DNA from: Candidatus Kaiserbacteria bacterium
GTDB lineage: Bacteria; Patescibacteriota; Minisyncoccia; Phycocordibacterales; UBA2100
Assembly (NCBI GenBank): GCA_021413775.1
Contig: JAIOPS010000026.1
Location: 1 to 63,833, forward strand
Direction: 5' to 3'
Length of the DNA stretch: 63,833 nucleotides
Positions 40,135 through 49,266 of this stretch are shown piece by piece (position 1 is the first letter of the stretch; each line of letters starts with the position of its first letter). Under the pieces are notes generated by a model. The model worked only from the letters and a program-made list of their open reading frames with translations. It had not been told where the DNA came from and made no database searches. The translations under genes were made by a program, and so were the position numbers.

Positions 40135-41379
40135 TTACGAACCTACACCCTGATGACGTGCGAGCATGTCTTCAGTACTGAAAATCGGAGGTTTCTCGAG
40201 AGGGACAGTGAGCGCGTTGTAGGAATACAGCCAGCCGTTCCGGTCCTTGCCTTCGTTGGCAGCAGCGTATGCCCCTCTAATCTCCCCTTCGGTGCGAAGC
40301 TCGAATGTCGCCCGATTCGCTTCGGTGCGTTCAGTGGCATGTGCCGTTCGCGTCATCCTATTATATTGATACATGTGCAATGCTTCACTGACATCAGCGG
40401 CTTTGAGCAGTGAGCGGGTGAAAATGACCGCATCCTCCATCGCCATACCGGCGCCCTGCGCGAGGAACGGCAGCGCCGGATGTGCGGCATCACCCAAAAG
40501 AGTCGCCCGGTGCGTGCTCCAGTTGCGCGCCGGCTGCCGGCTAAAGAGTGACCAACGATAACATTGATCTTTCGAGGCCGAATCGATAATCGCCTGGATG
40601 GAGGGGTGCCACCCTTCGAAATCCTTCTTCAACGCGCTCCACGACGACTTGCGCGTCCACGCCTCCTCCGACGCCTCGGGGACCTGAACCTCGCCACAGA
40701 AATTCATGAGCGACCCGCCACGTACGTAGTAGCAGATTGCATGTGTGCCACCGCCGATAAAAATAGAGGTCACCTGATCGAGGCGGAGCTCTGCCGGAAT
40801 GTCCTCGCTCGGGACGAGAATCCGCCATGCGGTAATACCCGTATACTCCGTGCGGAAGCCTCCGATAATCTGTTTGCTGACCGCGGATTTGACACCATCG
40901 GCTCCGAGCAAGACATCGCCGCGCGCGGTCGACCCGTCCGCAAAGCGGAGCTCGACGCTGTCCGCCTGTTCTGCAAAGCCTGTCGCTTTCTTGTTTAAAT
41001 GTACCGCATCCCGTTTCAATTCACGGACCTTGGCCACCAAAAGCGCCTGCAGATCGGCACGATGAATCTGAACGAACGGAGCCCCGTGGCGCTGCAGATG
41101 TTCATCGAAAAGCGGGAATTGATGTATCACTTCCCCGGTATCATGGAGGCGAAATTCGTATCCCTTTGCGCGTACCCCGGCCCGCATGACAGCCTCTTCG
41201 AGTCCCACATGCCTCATGATATGCATGGCATTGGCCGGCAACTGCACACCGGCACCTACCTCTTTGAGCACCCGCGCCTGTTCAAACACGTCAACATCGA
41301 AACCTTCTTTCAAGAGACATGCGGCTGCGGTAAGTCCGCCGATACCCGCTCCAGCGATAAGTATTTTCTTACGTTTCAT
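40135..41379 (-). CDS. FAD-dependent aromatic monooxygenase (salicylate hydroxylase-like)
   Basis: GAGIGGL, IHRADL, GADGVKS, LLGDAAH..LPFLAQGAGMAMED. Confidence 0.9.
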   Translation of the reverse strand: MKRKKILIAGAGIGGLTAAACLLKEGFDVDVFEQARVLKEVGAGVQLPANAMHIMRHVGLEEAVMRAGVRAKGYEFRLHDTGEVIHQFPLFDEHLQRHGAPFVQIHRADLQALLVAKVRELKRDAVHLNKKATGFAEQADSVELRFADGSTARGDVLLGADGVKSAVSKQIIGGFRTEYTGITAWRILVPSEDIPAELRLDQVTSIFIGGGTHAICYYVRGGSLMNFCGEVQVPEASEEAWTRKSSWSALKKDFEGWHPSIQAIIDSASKDQCYRWSLFSRQPARNWSTHRATLLGDAAHPALPFLAQGAGMAMEDAVIFTRSLLKAADVSEALHMYQYNRMTRTAHATERTEANRATFELRTEGEIRGAYAAANEGKDRNGWLYSYNALTVPLEKPPIFSTEDMLARHQGVGS

Positions 41380-41486
41380 ACAGGATTCTACCTACGGACA
41401 AAATCATCGTATCACAGGAGGCACGTGTGCCGGAGTGGCCCGGAACAAGGCATTGAAAGATTGTCTCAGGAGTATACAATTCACAC

Positions 41487-41600
41487 ATGGAGGAATCCTC
41501 TCCCAACGAAGCCTCAAGCCAAGACACCGCGAAAAGCGCTCAAACAGAGATCGCTCCCGAAGATATTTTTCACTTCGTTGCGTGCGTTGGCTTTTTTTAG
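41487..41600 (+). CDS. 37-aa peptide MEESSPNEASSQDTAKSAQTEIAPEDIFHFVACVGFF (not in ORF track)
   Basis: Manual translation; TTGAAA-16-TACAAT promoter ending 6 nt before ATG; C-terminus matches the 46048-46281 peptide. Confidence 0.65.
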   Translation: MEESSPNEASSQDTAKSAQTEIAPEDIFHFVACVGFF

Positions 41601-41601
41601 T

Positions 41602-42966
41602 CTATAAGAAGCCTCGCTCCTTCCACGAATTCACACGATTCATCCCACCGCGAATCATTTCCCGGAGCATATCTTTCGTCACTGTCGGATAGACCTCTTC
41701 AATCCCTTTATGCAGTGACTGATCAGCGCCGACTCTCCCACTCCCAATGAATGAGGCTTTTTCTGGCAGCCTCCAGACACTGCCGTTGAACGGAAGGAAG
41801 TAGAGACTGAGATGCGCGTGCGCGACGAGCGCCGCTCCGAGAGGATACACGGAAAGGGCGCCGAGACCCGTGCGCGCTTTCGCAGCCTGGACCTGAAGCC
41901 CGACCTCTTCCACGAAGGTCATGAGCAGATAATCGAGCATGCTCGATCGCTGTTTCGCGACGAGCTCGCGATTGAGATGTGCTCTGCGCTGCATATCCGC
42001 AATCGTCAATACGTCCATCCAATATTGCTGGTCTCGCATCGTATAGAAACGTGTTCCTGTCTGCATCCAATAAGGCACATTGCGATCAATCGCAGTTTGG
42101 AACAGTGCTTTTCCGATCCAGCCATATCGCGCATTACTGGTCCCCACGGGCAAGAAATAAAACCGGTCCACGGGCTCTACTCGCACAAACGTATAATTTG
42201 TCATGCGGTTCTGCAGCATGTATACGATGAACTGCCGGTCGGTCGGCTGCCCGTCAAAATTCGAGAGCCGGACCGTTATTGGGCCGTGCTGCTCGATGAT
42301 GATCGATTCCTCGGCATGACGCTCAGTGTTGAGTTCCGACATCGTCATTCCGATCTCAGACAACGGATCTCCTGTCCTTCCCTCGACCGGCTGTGTCGGA
42401 GCGGGCGGATTATATTCAGACGCCGATTCGCGAAGGAGCACAGTTCGAACGGCAACGTCTTTCTCCAACGCGACGGCGTTCTGTTTTAATGTCTCAAGCG
42501 CCTGCCAAATATCGGCATGCGTAAAACTATTACCGACCTTGTCGAAAAAGATTTTCTTATCACGAATGAGAATATCGTGCGATAGCACCGCATGGTGCAA
42601 CGCCGTAAAACGGGCGACACTGATCCGATAGGTGCGCGCAGCTTTCTTCCACGACTTCAGGAGGCGCTTGGCGGCCGCTTCGGAAGGTTGCGAGAGAAAT
42701 CTCCGGCGTTCTCTTTCGCATTCGATGAACTGCTTCAGGAATGGGACGGGATAGAGGTGTGTCTGCAGCGGATGCGTCCAGAGATAAGCTTTTTTTGCAT
42801 ACGAAGGTCGGCTGAGATAGCCTCCTATCTCTTTGAGCGACGCCCTCAGCGCATCGAGTGCTACCTCACCGCGTTCAAGATCCATCCCCTCCGCAGCGAA
42901 GAGCGGATCCTTGATTACAGACTCGTAAAAGGCCTGTGATAGCTTGTTTTGCATACCCCACATCAT
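41602..42966 (-). CDS. hypothetical protein, paralog of 46339-47982, no signal or TM
   Basis: Shared P.F...G, LYP..FL.....ER.R..F and C-terminal L.FL/LFL..N.S blocks. Confidence 0.7.
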   Translation of the reverse strand: MMWGMQNKLSQAFYESVIKDPLFAAEGMDLERGEVALDALRASLKEIGGYLSRPSYAKKAYLWTHPLQTHLYPVPFLKQFIECERERRRFLSQPSEAAAKRLLKSWKKAARTYRISVARFTALHHAVLSHDILIRDKKIFFDKVGNSFTHADIWQALETLKQNAVALEKDVAVRTVLLRESASEYNPPAPTQPVEGRTGDPLSEIGMTMSELNTERHAEESIIIEQHGPITVRLSNFDGQPTDRQFIVYMLQNRMTNYTFVRVEPVDRFYFLPVGTSNARYGWIGKALFQTAIDRNVPYWMQTGTRFYTMRDQQYWMDVLTIADMQRRAHLNRELVAKQRSSMLDYLLMTFVEEVGLQVQAAKARTGLGALSVYPLGAALVAHAHLSLYFLPFNGSVWRLPEKASFIGSGRVGADQSLHKGIEEVYPTVTKDMLREMIRGGMNRVNSWKERGFL

Positions 42967-43084
42967 TCGAAATCCAGTATAGCAGAAGTGAAATCCGTAT
43001 CCTTGAGTTCCTTTGCCATCTGACATAGATTGACGGCAGGTCGTACCGGAAACGGACGACAAAAAAGGACGAAAGGAACTCCGC

Positions 43085-44065
43085 ATGAAAAAACGTCTTA
43101 TGACGCTCGCCGCCTTCGCATTTCTGAGCGTGTTCGCAAACGCCGCACTCGCGGACGGCACAGTCCGCCTCGTCGTCCCGTTCCCCGCGGGATCGATTAC
43201 CGACATCGCGGCGCGCCTGGTTGCACCGAGGCTCTCGGACCAACTCAAGCAGCCGGTCATTATCGATAACCGCACCGGTGCGTACGGCATGATTGCCGCG
43301 CGTGATGTTGCGGTCTCGAAACCCGACGGCCTGACGCTTGGATTCAGCCCCGACGGACCGCTCGCCACCTTGCCCGCAAGCTGCATCGCCCACGGGCAGA
43401 AACTGCTCTATGACCCGACGACATTCTCCACCATCGGATTCGTCGGACGGACCTACTTCGAACTGGTGGTCAGAAAAGACCTTCCGTTCGATACGCTTGG
43501 CCAGTTGATTGAATACGCCCGTAAAAATCCGGGCAAACTCAACTTCGGCTCAGGCACCCCGTCGGCTATTCTCGGTGACGGCATTCTGAACTCGATCGAG
43601 GGCGTCAAGGTGACCGAGATACCTGCAGGACGAGGCGGCGAACCGCAGGTCATCCTTGATATCATGTCGGGGACCGTCGACGCGCTGTTCAGCACGACGT
43701 ACTCGGCTATGCCGTACCTCGAAAACGGCGCACTCAAGTCGCTGGGCACGGTCGGCTCGGTGCGGAATCCGTTCCTTCCGCGTTCTATCACGTTGGCCGA
43801 ACAAGGTTATCCGGCATTCGCTGAAGCCGAGGTCTGGTTCGCTCTTGTCGGGCCTCCGGGACTTCCGGCAAAAGAAATCGAACGCCTGAACACCGCGCTC
43901 AATAAGGCCCTCGATGACAATGAGCTGAAGGATCAGTTGGCGAAATCGCGCGTGACACTCTATTCGACCTCGCCGGCCGCTCCCGCCGCGCAGATTAAAA
44001 AGCAGATCGAGTTCACGGCCAAGCTCATCCGCGAACACGACCTCAAGGTTCCGTGCGGCAGTTGA
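43085..44065 (+). CDS. Bug/TctC-family solute-binding protein
   Basis: Signal peptide, VRLVVPFPAGS.TDI.AR, NRTGA.G, KPDGLTL, NPGKLNFGS. Confidence 0.9.
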   Translation: MKKRLMTLAAFAFLSVFANAALADGTVRLVVPFPAGSITDIAARLVAPRLSDQLKQPVIIDNRTGAYGMIAARDVAVSKPDGLTLGFSPDGPLATLPASCIAHGQKLLYDPTTFSTIGFVGRTYFELVVRKDLPFDTLGQLIEYARKNPGKLNFGSGTPSAILGDGILNSIEGVKVTEIPAGRGGEPQVILDIMSGTVDALFSTTYSAMPYLENGALKSLGTVGSVRNPFLPRSITLAEQGYPAFAEAEVWFALVGPPGLPAKEIERLNTALNKALDDNELKDQLAKSRVTLYSTSPAAPAAQIKKQIEFTAKLIREHDLKVPCGS

Positions 44066-44091
44066 TGCCGAGACCGGCGCCTACATGAGAA

Positions 44092-44125
44092 GCGGCAGCC
44101 CCTCCCGGGCTGCCGCACTTTTTTT
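44092..44125 (+). terminator. intrinsic terminator
   Basis: GCGGCAGCCC-TCCC-GGGCTGCCGC plus T-tract. Confidence 0.75.
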
Positions 44126-44903
44126 ACCGATTCACGAGAGTGAACCCGCCGCTTGGGTCGCCTACAGGATGTGTCGCGATGTCGGTTCGGTACTGTATGA
44201 TCGGCGTCGTTAGGAGCCGTCGTTTCGTAAGCACCAGCACGCCATCTTGATGTTCGACGAGTGAATCGCCGAGCGGCGAGAAGACCGGCGCTGAGGAATA
44301 CGGCGCATCAGCAAATGCCCCCGTTTCCGGAAGTATCAGGAGCAGACGGATGCGGCGCGCAAACCTGCTATACGGCGCAAGCTGTTCGTAATTAAACGAG
44401 TCCCCTATGACCGTGATTGAGGAAATTGGTTCGGTTGAAGCTGTAAAAAACGGGAGCATTTTTTCAAGTGAACGGGAATCGGTAATGAGAGCGTCTATCC
44501 GGTACTTTGAAGCAGTGAAAACGCTCGCCTCCGCCATTTTTTCCCCTATCAGCGGAATCATGTTGTTCTCGCGGCACCACATAGATTTCTCCACCGCTTC
44601 GTATGAATTACTCAGGTAGACCATCGGTCGTCGAGCCTGCTCTCCCCACTGCTCCTTTTGTATGTCGTCGAAGCTCCACTCGGACAAAAAGACACCCTCA
44701 GGATAGCGCACAACTTTCACGAGACCGCTCTCATCCTTATATCGTCTTCGAGAAAGCGGCGTAGCAATGAATTCTGCGCGGGATACGGCCGGAATATCAG
44801 AAAAAGTTTCCGCACCGCCCCACATGTCGCGGTAAAAAGCAGAAGCATCGCTTGTGCGGACTGCGTCTACGAGATCTTGTACGGCTGATTGCGCATCGTT
44901 CAT
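44124..44903 (-). CDS. short divergent PaaK-like protein
   Basis: AFYRDMW...IPAVSRAEF N-terminus, PETG, TPIIQYRTD; no TSGT loop. Confidence 0.55.
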   Translation of the reverse strand: MNDAQSAVQDLVDAVRTSDASAFYRDMWGGAETFSDIPAVSRAEFIATPLSRRRYKDESGLVKVVRYPEGVFLSEWSFDDIQKEQWGEQARRPMVYLSNSYEAVEKSMWCRENNMIPLIGEKMAEASVFTASKYRIDALITDSRSLEKMLPFFTASTEPISSITVIGDSFNYEQLAPYSRFARRIRLLLILPETGAFADAPYSSAPVFSPLGDSLVEHQDGVLVLTKRRLLTTPIIQYRTDIATHPVGDPSGGFTLVNR

Positions 44904-44907
44904 ACTC

Positions 44908-46011
44908 TTATATACGCTGGACAATCTTAGCTTCCTTCGTCTCATCCGGGAAAGGCTGTTCGACCACTACGATCTCAAGCGGCGAGAACAGGCCTTTTTT
45001 CACTAAGGTACCCAGTGTCTGAGTCGGTGTCACATACAGGCCTGTCAGAAACCGTTCATTGATTTTGCGAATTGACGCATCGCCTACTCCTCCTTTTTTA
45101 TACACTTTCATTATGAGTTTCCCCCGAGAGATGCCGCGGTCATTTTCCAGAAATGCTTCGATGCGGTAATCCTCGAACAATTCCGCGTTGGCTGTGGCAA
45201 TTCGATCAAAGAGGTCCCGCCGGAATGTTGCCCCGGCAAGGCGCACGTAGTCCCGTCCGAGACGGCCGACAATTTCAAATGTGACCGGCTTCCCGCAACG
45301 ACACGTGCCCGGCTTTATCCTGCCGATGTCGGCGAGACGATACTGACGCACCATGATTCCGAAAGCAATTGTTTTGCTCACAAGCACTTCACCCTCTCCG
45401 GTGTCATCGGGCTCGAGAACTTCTACAGTGACTCCCGAAAGCGGATGATATTGGTTTTCGGGCAAAAACTCGCACGAACGTCCGATACCGCCAATTTCCG
45501 ACGCCATGTACGCCATGCTCACTTTTGCTCTCGGGAAACTCCGGCGCAGATTCTCGTTGAGCGAAGCGGTGAGTCCCTCTCCCACGTATTCGGCAGAACG
45601 TACTCCGTCCCTGGTGCCGGCATCCATGTAGTCGGCAAGCTGCGACATGATATGCGGGTATCCGGTTATGCCGTCGGGAGCGAAATCCGACAGGAGCGGC
45701 ATGATGTCCGCAGCGTAGTCCGCCCGATCCAATGTGAGTATGCGCGCATTGAAATGGCGTGAACGAAATTTAGTGAACACGGCGTTATTGAGCGCAGTGC
45801 TCAGCGACCCCCGCGTGCTTAGCATGCGACCGGGCCCCGATGAAAAGATTCCTTGCGCCACCGGGTACTCTCTCATGGCTACGAGTACCTTGCTGCGTGA
45901 CGTGCCTGACGTCACGCCGATACCATACTGCTCGGTATCGGCCGGCGGCGTCAGAAAGAAATGCTCCAGCGTCTGCTCGGCGAGCGCGGCAAAACCATCG
46001 CGATCGATCAT
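44908..46011 (-). CDS. PaaK/CapK-like adenylate-forming enzyme
   Basis: TSGTS, GYP, GE, YMASEIG, YRLADIG, CRCG, IVGR..D. Confidence 0.78.
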   Translation of the reverse strand: MIDRDGFAALAEQTLEHFFLTPPADTEQYGIGVTSGTSRSKVLVAMREYPVAQGIFSSGPGRMLSTRGSLSTALNNAVFTKFRSRHFNARILTLDRADYAADIMPLLSDFAPDGITGYPHIMSQLADYMDAGTRDGVRSAEYVGEGLTASLNENLRRSFPRAKVSMAYMASEIGGIGRSCEFLPENQYHPLSGVTVEVLEPDDTGEGEVLVSKTIAFGIMVRQYRLADIGRIKPGTCRCGKPVTFEIVGRLGRDYVRLAGATFRRDLFDRIATANAELFEDYRIEAFLENDRGISRGKLIMKVYKKGGVGDASIRKINERFLTGLYVTPTQTLGTLVKKGLFSPLEIVVVEQPFPDETKEAKIVQRI

Positions 46012-46047
46012 ATGCAAAGGGTTCTCAACTGCACGGGATGGATGTTT

Positions 46048-46281
46048 CTATTCCAGAAAGCCGCCGCACGTCACGAACAGCAGCGTGTCCGGGTTAGATG
46101 TATTCTGGACCGAAGCGGCTGTGTCCGAGTTCCCGTACCGAGCACATGCTTCACCTTGTGCAAAGGCAATTGACTGAGTCCTCTCCGAGACATACGCCGC
46201 GACAGCGCTCATGATGCCTACAAGGACCGCAAACACCGCGGCAAGCTTGGAAACAGAGGTGCGAGTGTCTTTTGCGAACAT
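46048..46281 (-). CDS. 77-aa membrane-anchored or secreted peptide ending LLFVTCGGFLE
   Basis: Hydrophobic N-terminal helix; C-terminus similar to 41487-41600. Confidence 0.7.
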   Translation of the reverse strand: MFAKDTRTSVSKLAAVFAVLVGIMSAVAAYVSERTQSIAFAQGEACARYGNSDTAASVQNTSNPDTLLFVTCGGFLE

Positions 46282-46338
46282 ACGGCAATTTTACCATACC
46301 GTTTAAGAATGCAACCATGGGCAGTGTAGAATAATTGC

Positions 46339-47982
46339 GTGACAAGACCGGATTATCGTACAGCGACATTCATCGTTATCGCCTGTTGTGCAGCAGCGGT
46401 AATGGCGGCTTTGGCGCTCTCAAACGTAAAGCACAACACTTTTTACGGCGTCAAAGATGCGTTAGCGGACAGCCATATAACCGGCGACGTATACCTTGCC
46501 GGGAGGCACTACGAGGTAAGCGGGTCTACGGTACAGGGTCCGATTGCACCCCTCTCTCCTATCCTGGAGCATGAGGCGCTCAAAGTCATGTACGCTCTCA
46601 CGCTCGCAAAGCGCACACCGGTCTTCGGTCTGGCGGGTGTCAACCCCGATTCGCTCGACGCGGCAACAGCTAAATTGGAGGCGGCGCAAAAGGACCTCAT
46701 CGGTCTGCAGAAGGACGCCGGCAACGCGAAATTAGTGAGGTCCCTCTATCCGATTGTATTTCTTCGCGCTATCTCCGCAGCCGAGCGTGCACGGCTCGAT
46801 TTTATATCATCGGCATCGGATTCAGATGCTGCCCGCTATAACGCGGCTCTCAAAAACGCGGCGCGGGAAGGCGTCATTGCGGCTGATTCTTTCAACAAAG
46901 CATTCGCTGCGGCAATCGGTTCGGCCACATTCCGAATCGGTTCGGCGTCCGGGACACTGACCGGAAAAGGCATGCTTTCTTCCATCGCCGTTATCAGCGA
47001 ACGTATGAAAGAATCATCTGCGGAAATAGACGAGCGCGAGGCATGCATGGACGGGAAGGCCCTCTGCCGGACGAACCTTTCGTTGCCCGACGCTCCGGAG
47101 ATTCCTGTTTTTCTGAACCCGGCCGCCGCAACCACACTCGCGCGGGAAGTTCTCGCGGTGTTTCAGGCTGCCATACCGCCTGCGGAAGGCGAGAATCGTG
47201 TCATAGCACTGTCATCGAGCGTATGCGTTTCGGCACTTGATGCACCGTACTTCTTCTCGCAACTCGCGCCCGTACATGCGGCGTCGGTCCCTTTCCGCTA
47301 CGTAGGCAACATTCTGTTCCTGCGTACTTCAAACGCAAATCAACCGCTCATGCAATACATGAAGAATACGCTCGGGATTACGTACAATATCTCCAACCCT
47401 TTTGTGTATTACATGTGCCCGGAAGTCGGTGACGACCTCGCCCGGCTTCTCAACGTGCAGGCGATAGCACAGTTCGCGTATATGCATCCCGATATCGCGA
47501 TAAAAAAACGTTCGGCCCTCGCGAAAGACGAAATATACGAATCGGACGCTCAGGCGTATTTGAGAGACGCTCTGGCGGAAGCACGCAGCGGCGAAACATC
47601 CCTCCCGCCGGAAGCATCTGCCGAACTGTATGCACTCGCTCTCGCGCAATACGAAAAAGGAACCGGTCTCGACATAGTCATCAAGGGAATAGCGGAAACT
47701 CTGACGAAAGACATTGAAGACTCGCGCAGAGGCGTGCCTTTCCCCTTTCTCACCGATATGAAAATATTATTCACGACACAAAGCCCGTTCCCGTCACTCT
47801 TTCTCGCCCACAACCCGTCGTTCGGCACCTCTCAAATCACGCTGCACGAATCGAACGCAGCCGAGCAGGTCGGATATTTTCGCACATTCCTGCGGTATTC
47901 CGACCTGAAATCAGAAATTCCCCGCGAGTTGTTCGTCCACGACATACGGGAACACGCAATCTTTGAAGGCGCCTCCCTCTGA
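46339..47982 (+). CDS. hypothetical membrane-anchored protein, paralog of 41602-42966
   Basis: N-terminal TM; shared LYP.xFL...ER.R..F block. Confidence 0.75.
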   Translation: MTRPDYRTATFIVIACCAAAVMAALALSNVKHNTFYGVKDALADSHITGDVYLAGRHYEVSGSTVQGPIAPLSPILEHEALKVMYALTLAKRTPVFGLAGVNPDSLDAATAKLEAAQKDLIGLQKDAGNAKLVRSLYPIVFLRAISAAERARLDFISSASDSDAARYNAALKNAAREGVIAADSFNKAFAAAIGSATFRIGSASGTLTGKGMLSSIAVISERMKESSAEIDEREACMDGKALCRTNLSLPDAPEIPVFLNPAAATTLAREVLAVFQAAIPPAEGENRVIALSSSVCVSALDAPYFFSQLAPVHAASVPFRYVGNILFLRTSNANQPLMQYMKNTLGITYNISNPFVYYMCPEVGDDLARLLNVQAIAQFAYMHPDIAIKKRSALAKDEIYESDAQAYLRDALAEARSGETSLPPEASAELYALALAQYEKGTGLDIVIKGIAETLTKDIEDSRRGVPFPFLTDMKILFTTQSPFPSLFLAHNPSFGTSQITLHESNAAEQVGYFRTFLRYSDLKSEIPRELFVHDIREHAIFEGASL

Positions 47983-47990
47983 CGAAGTTC

Positions 47991-49184
47991 TCATTTGGCG
48001 GCACTCCGCTGCAGTGCATCACACCGGTCTTTGAGAACGCCCGGAAGCGGCCGGCAAAACGCACCAAATTCCCTCTCATCTGTACCGAAAATATAGACTG
48101 AACGGTTCACTATGCCGGAAAGACATTCGGCAGCCAGAGATTCTGTCGGTATCGACTGACAGAACGCCATCGCACCCATAGCGTTTGTGCGGTCCTCTTC
48201 CAGTAGGATTTGTGCGACGGTCACAACGCATGACGATTGCTGGTCTTCCGGGACGTGGAGGCACGCAGAAACCGCTTTCCCCGGCTCAGCTACATATGCC
48301 CTGCCGATGGTGGAGAACTCGATGCCGTAGCAATACTTTCTCTCTGTGACGTCCGGTTCGGCAGCGCAGAGCGCCTCCACACCCGAGCCGCTCAATATTT
48401 CATCTCTGAAAAACGGCCAGCTCTCGCGGATGCAGGCACCGACATACTGTGAGTCCTCAAACGACCGGCAAAATTGTCCTACGGTCGCCTTCGTCGGTTG
48501 CACGGGCAGCTGCTGTATCATCAGGAAATCTTCCGGTTCGCGGGGACGGAATATCTGCATAAAGACTCCGTCGAAACAAAAGTGGCGGAAGTCGGAAGGA
48601 ACGGCCCGTGAACAAATCGAAAGCGCTTTCGGAATATCCGTGTTCGTAATGAAATCGAAAAGGTGACCCAGGCCGTGATAGCACCCTTCTCTGTCCAGGT
48701 CTGAAGGCGACCATTTTGCGGAGTTGCTGCACGCCAGTGAAAATTGCGGAATGAACTTCTCAATCGTCGCATCATCGAGCACTTCGCTTCTGAAGCGCCC
48801 CACGGTAACGCCGTGAACGTATCCGTTCGAGCACACACCTTCCGGCGGCGTCAGGGACAGCATGTCGACCCACTGTGCGGGATCTTCCGCAACGACGCGC
48901 TCGCCTATTTTATGTCCGAGAACATGGCAGAACTGATACGACACATCAAGCGCACGTATCTCGCGTACGACCTCGAAAATCTGTGCCACTGACATTTTCG
49001 GATACAGAGCCGGGACTTCAGCCTCGTAGCATGCGGAATGGTCAATACCGCTTCGAGCGCATGACGCCACAATCAGCCGCGCGACATTTTTTACGGAGCC
49101 CGACGCACGGAAAAACCCTACGGCGGCGGCGCTCACAGCCAGGAGACAGATAACGACAATCCCTATTTTTTTTCCGGAATACAT
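47991..49184 (-). CDS. Cys/His-rich exported protein, array copy 1
   Basis: CHVLGH / GYVHG / CYHGLGH / GVFMQ. Confidence 0.85.
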   Translation of the reverse strand: MYSGKKIGIVVICLLAVSAAAVGFFRASGSVKNVARLIVASCARSGIDHSACYEAEVPALYPKMSVAQIFEVVREIRALDVSYQFCHVLGHKIGERVVAEDPAQWVDMLSLTPPEGVCSNGYVHGVTVGRFRSEVLDDATIEKFIPQFSLACSNSAKWSPSDLDREGCYHGLGHLFDFITNTDIPKALSICSRAVPSDFRHFCFDGVFMQIFRPREPEDFLMIQQLPVQPTKATVGQFCRSFEDSQYVGACIRESWPFFRDEILSGSGVEALCAAEPDVTERKYCYGIEFSTIGRAYVAEPGKAVSACLHVPEDQQSSCVVTVAQILLEEDRTNAMGAMAFCQSIPTESLAAECLSGIVNRSVYIFGTDEREFGAFCRPLPGVLKDRCDALQRSAAK

Positions 49185-49266
49185 GAATATGCAGCGAGAA
49201 TTATTGCAATCGCACTTCTCTATAGTTCTAGCACACCCGCATGACCGGCGAAGCTCACCTCACCGT

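Noticed and set aside
42967..43386. 594-aa version of the 41602 ORF
   Set aside because: The extension is antisense to the Bug/TctC gene
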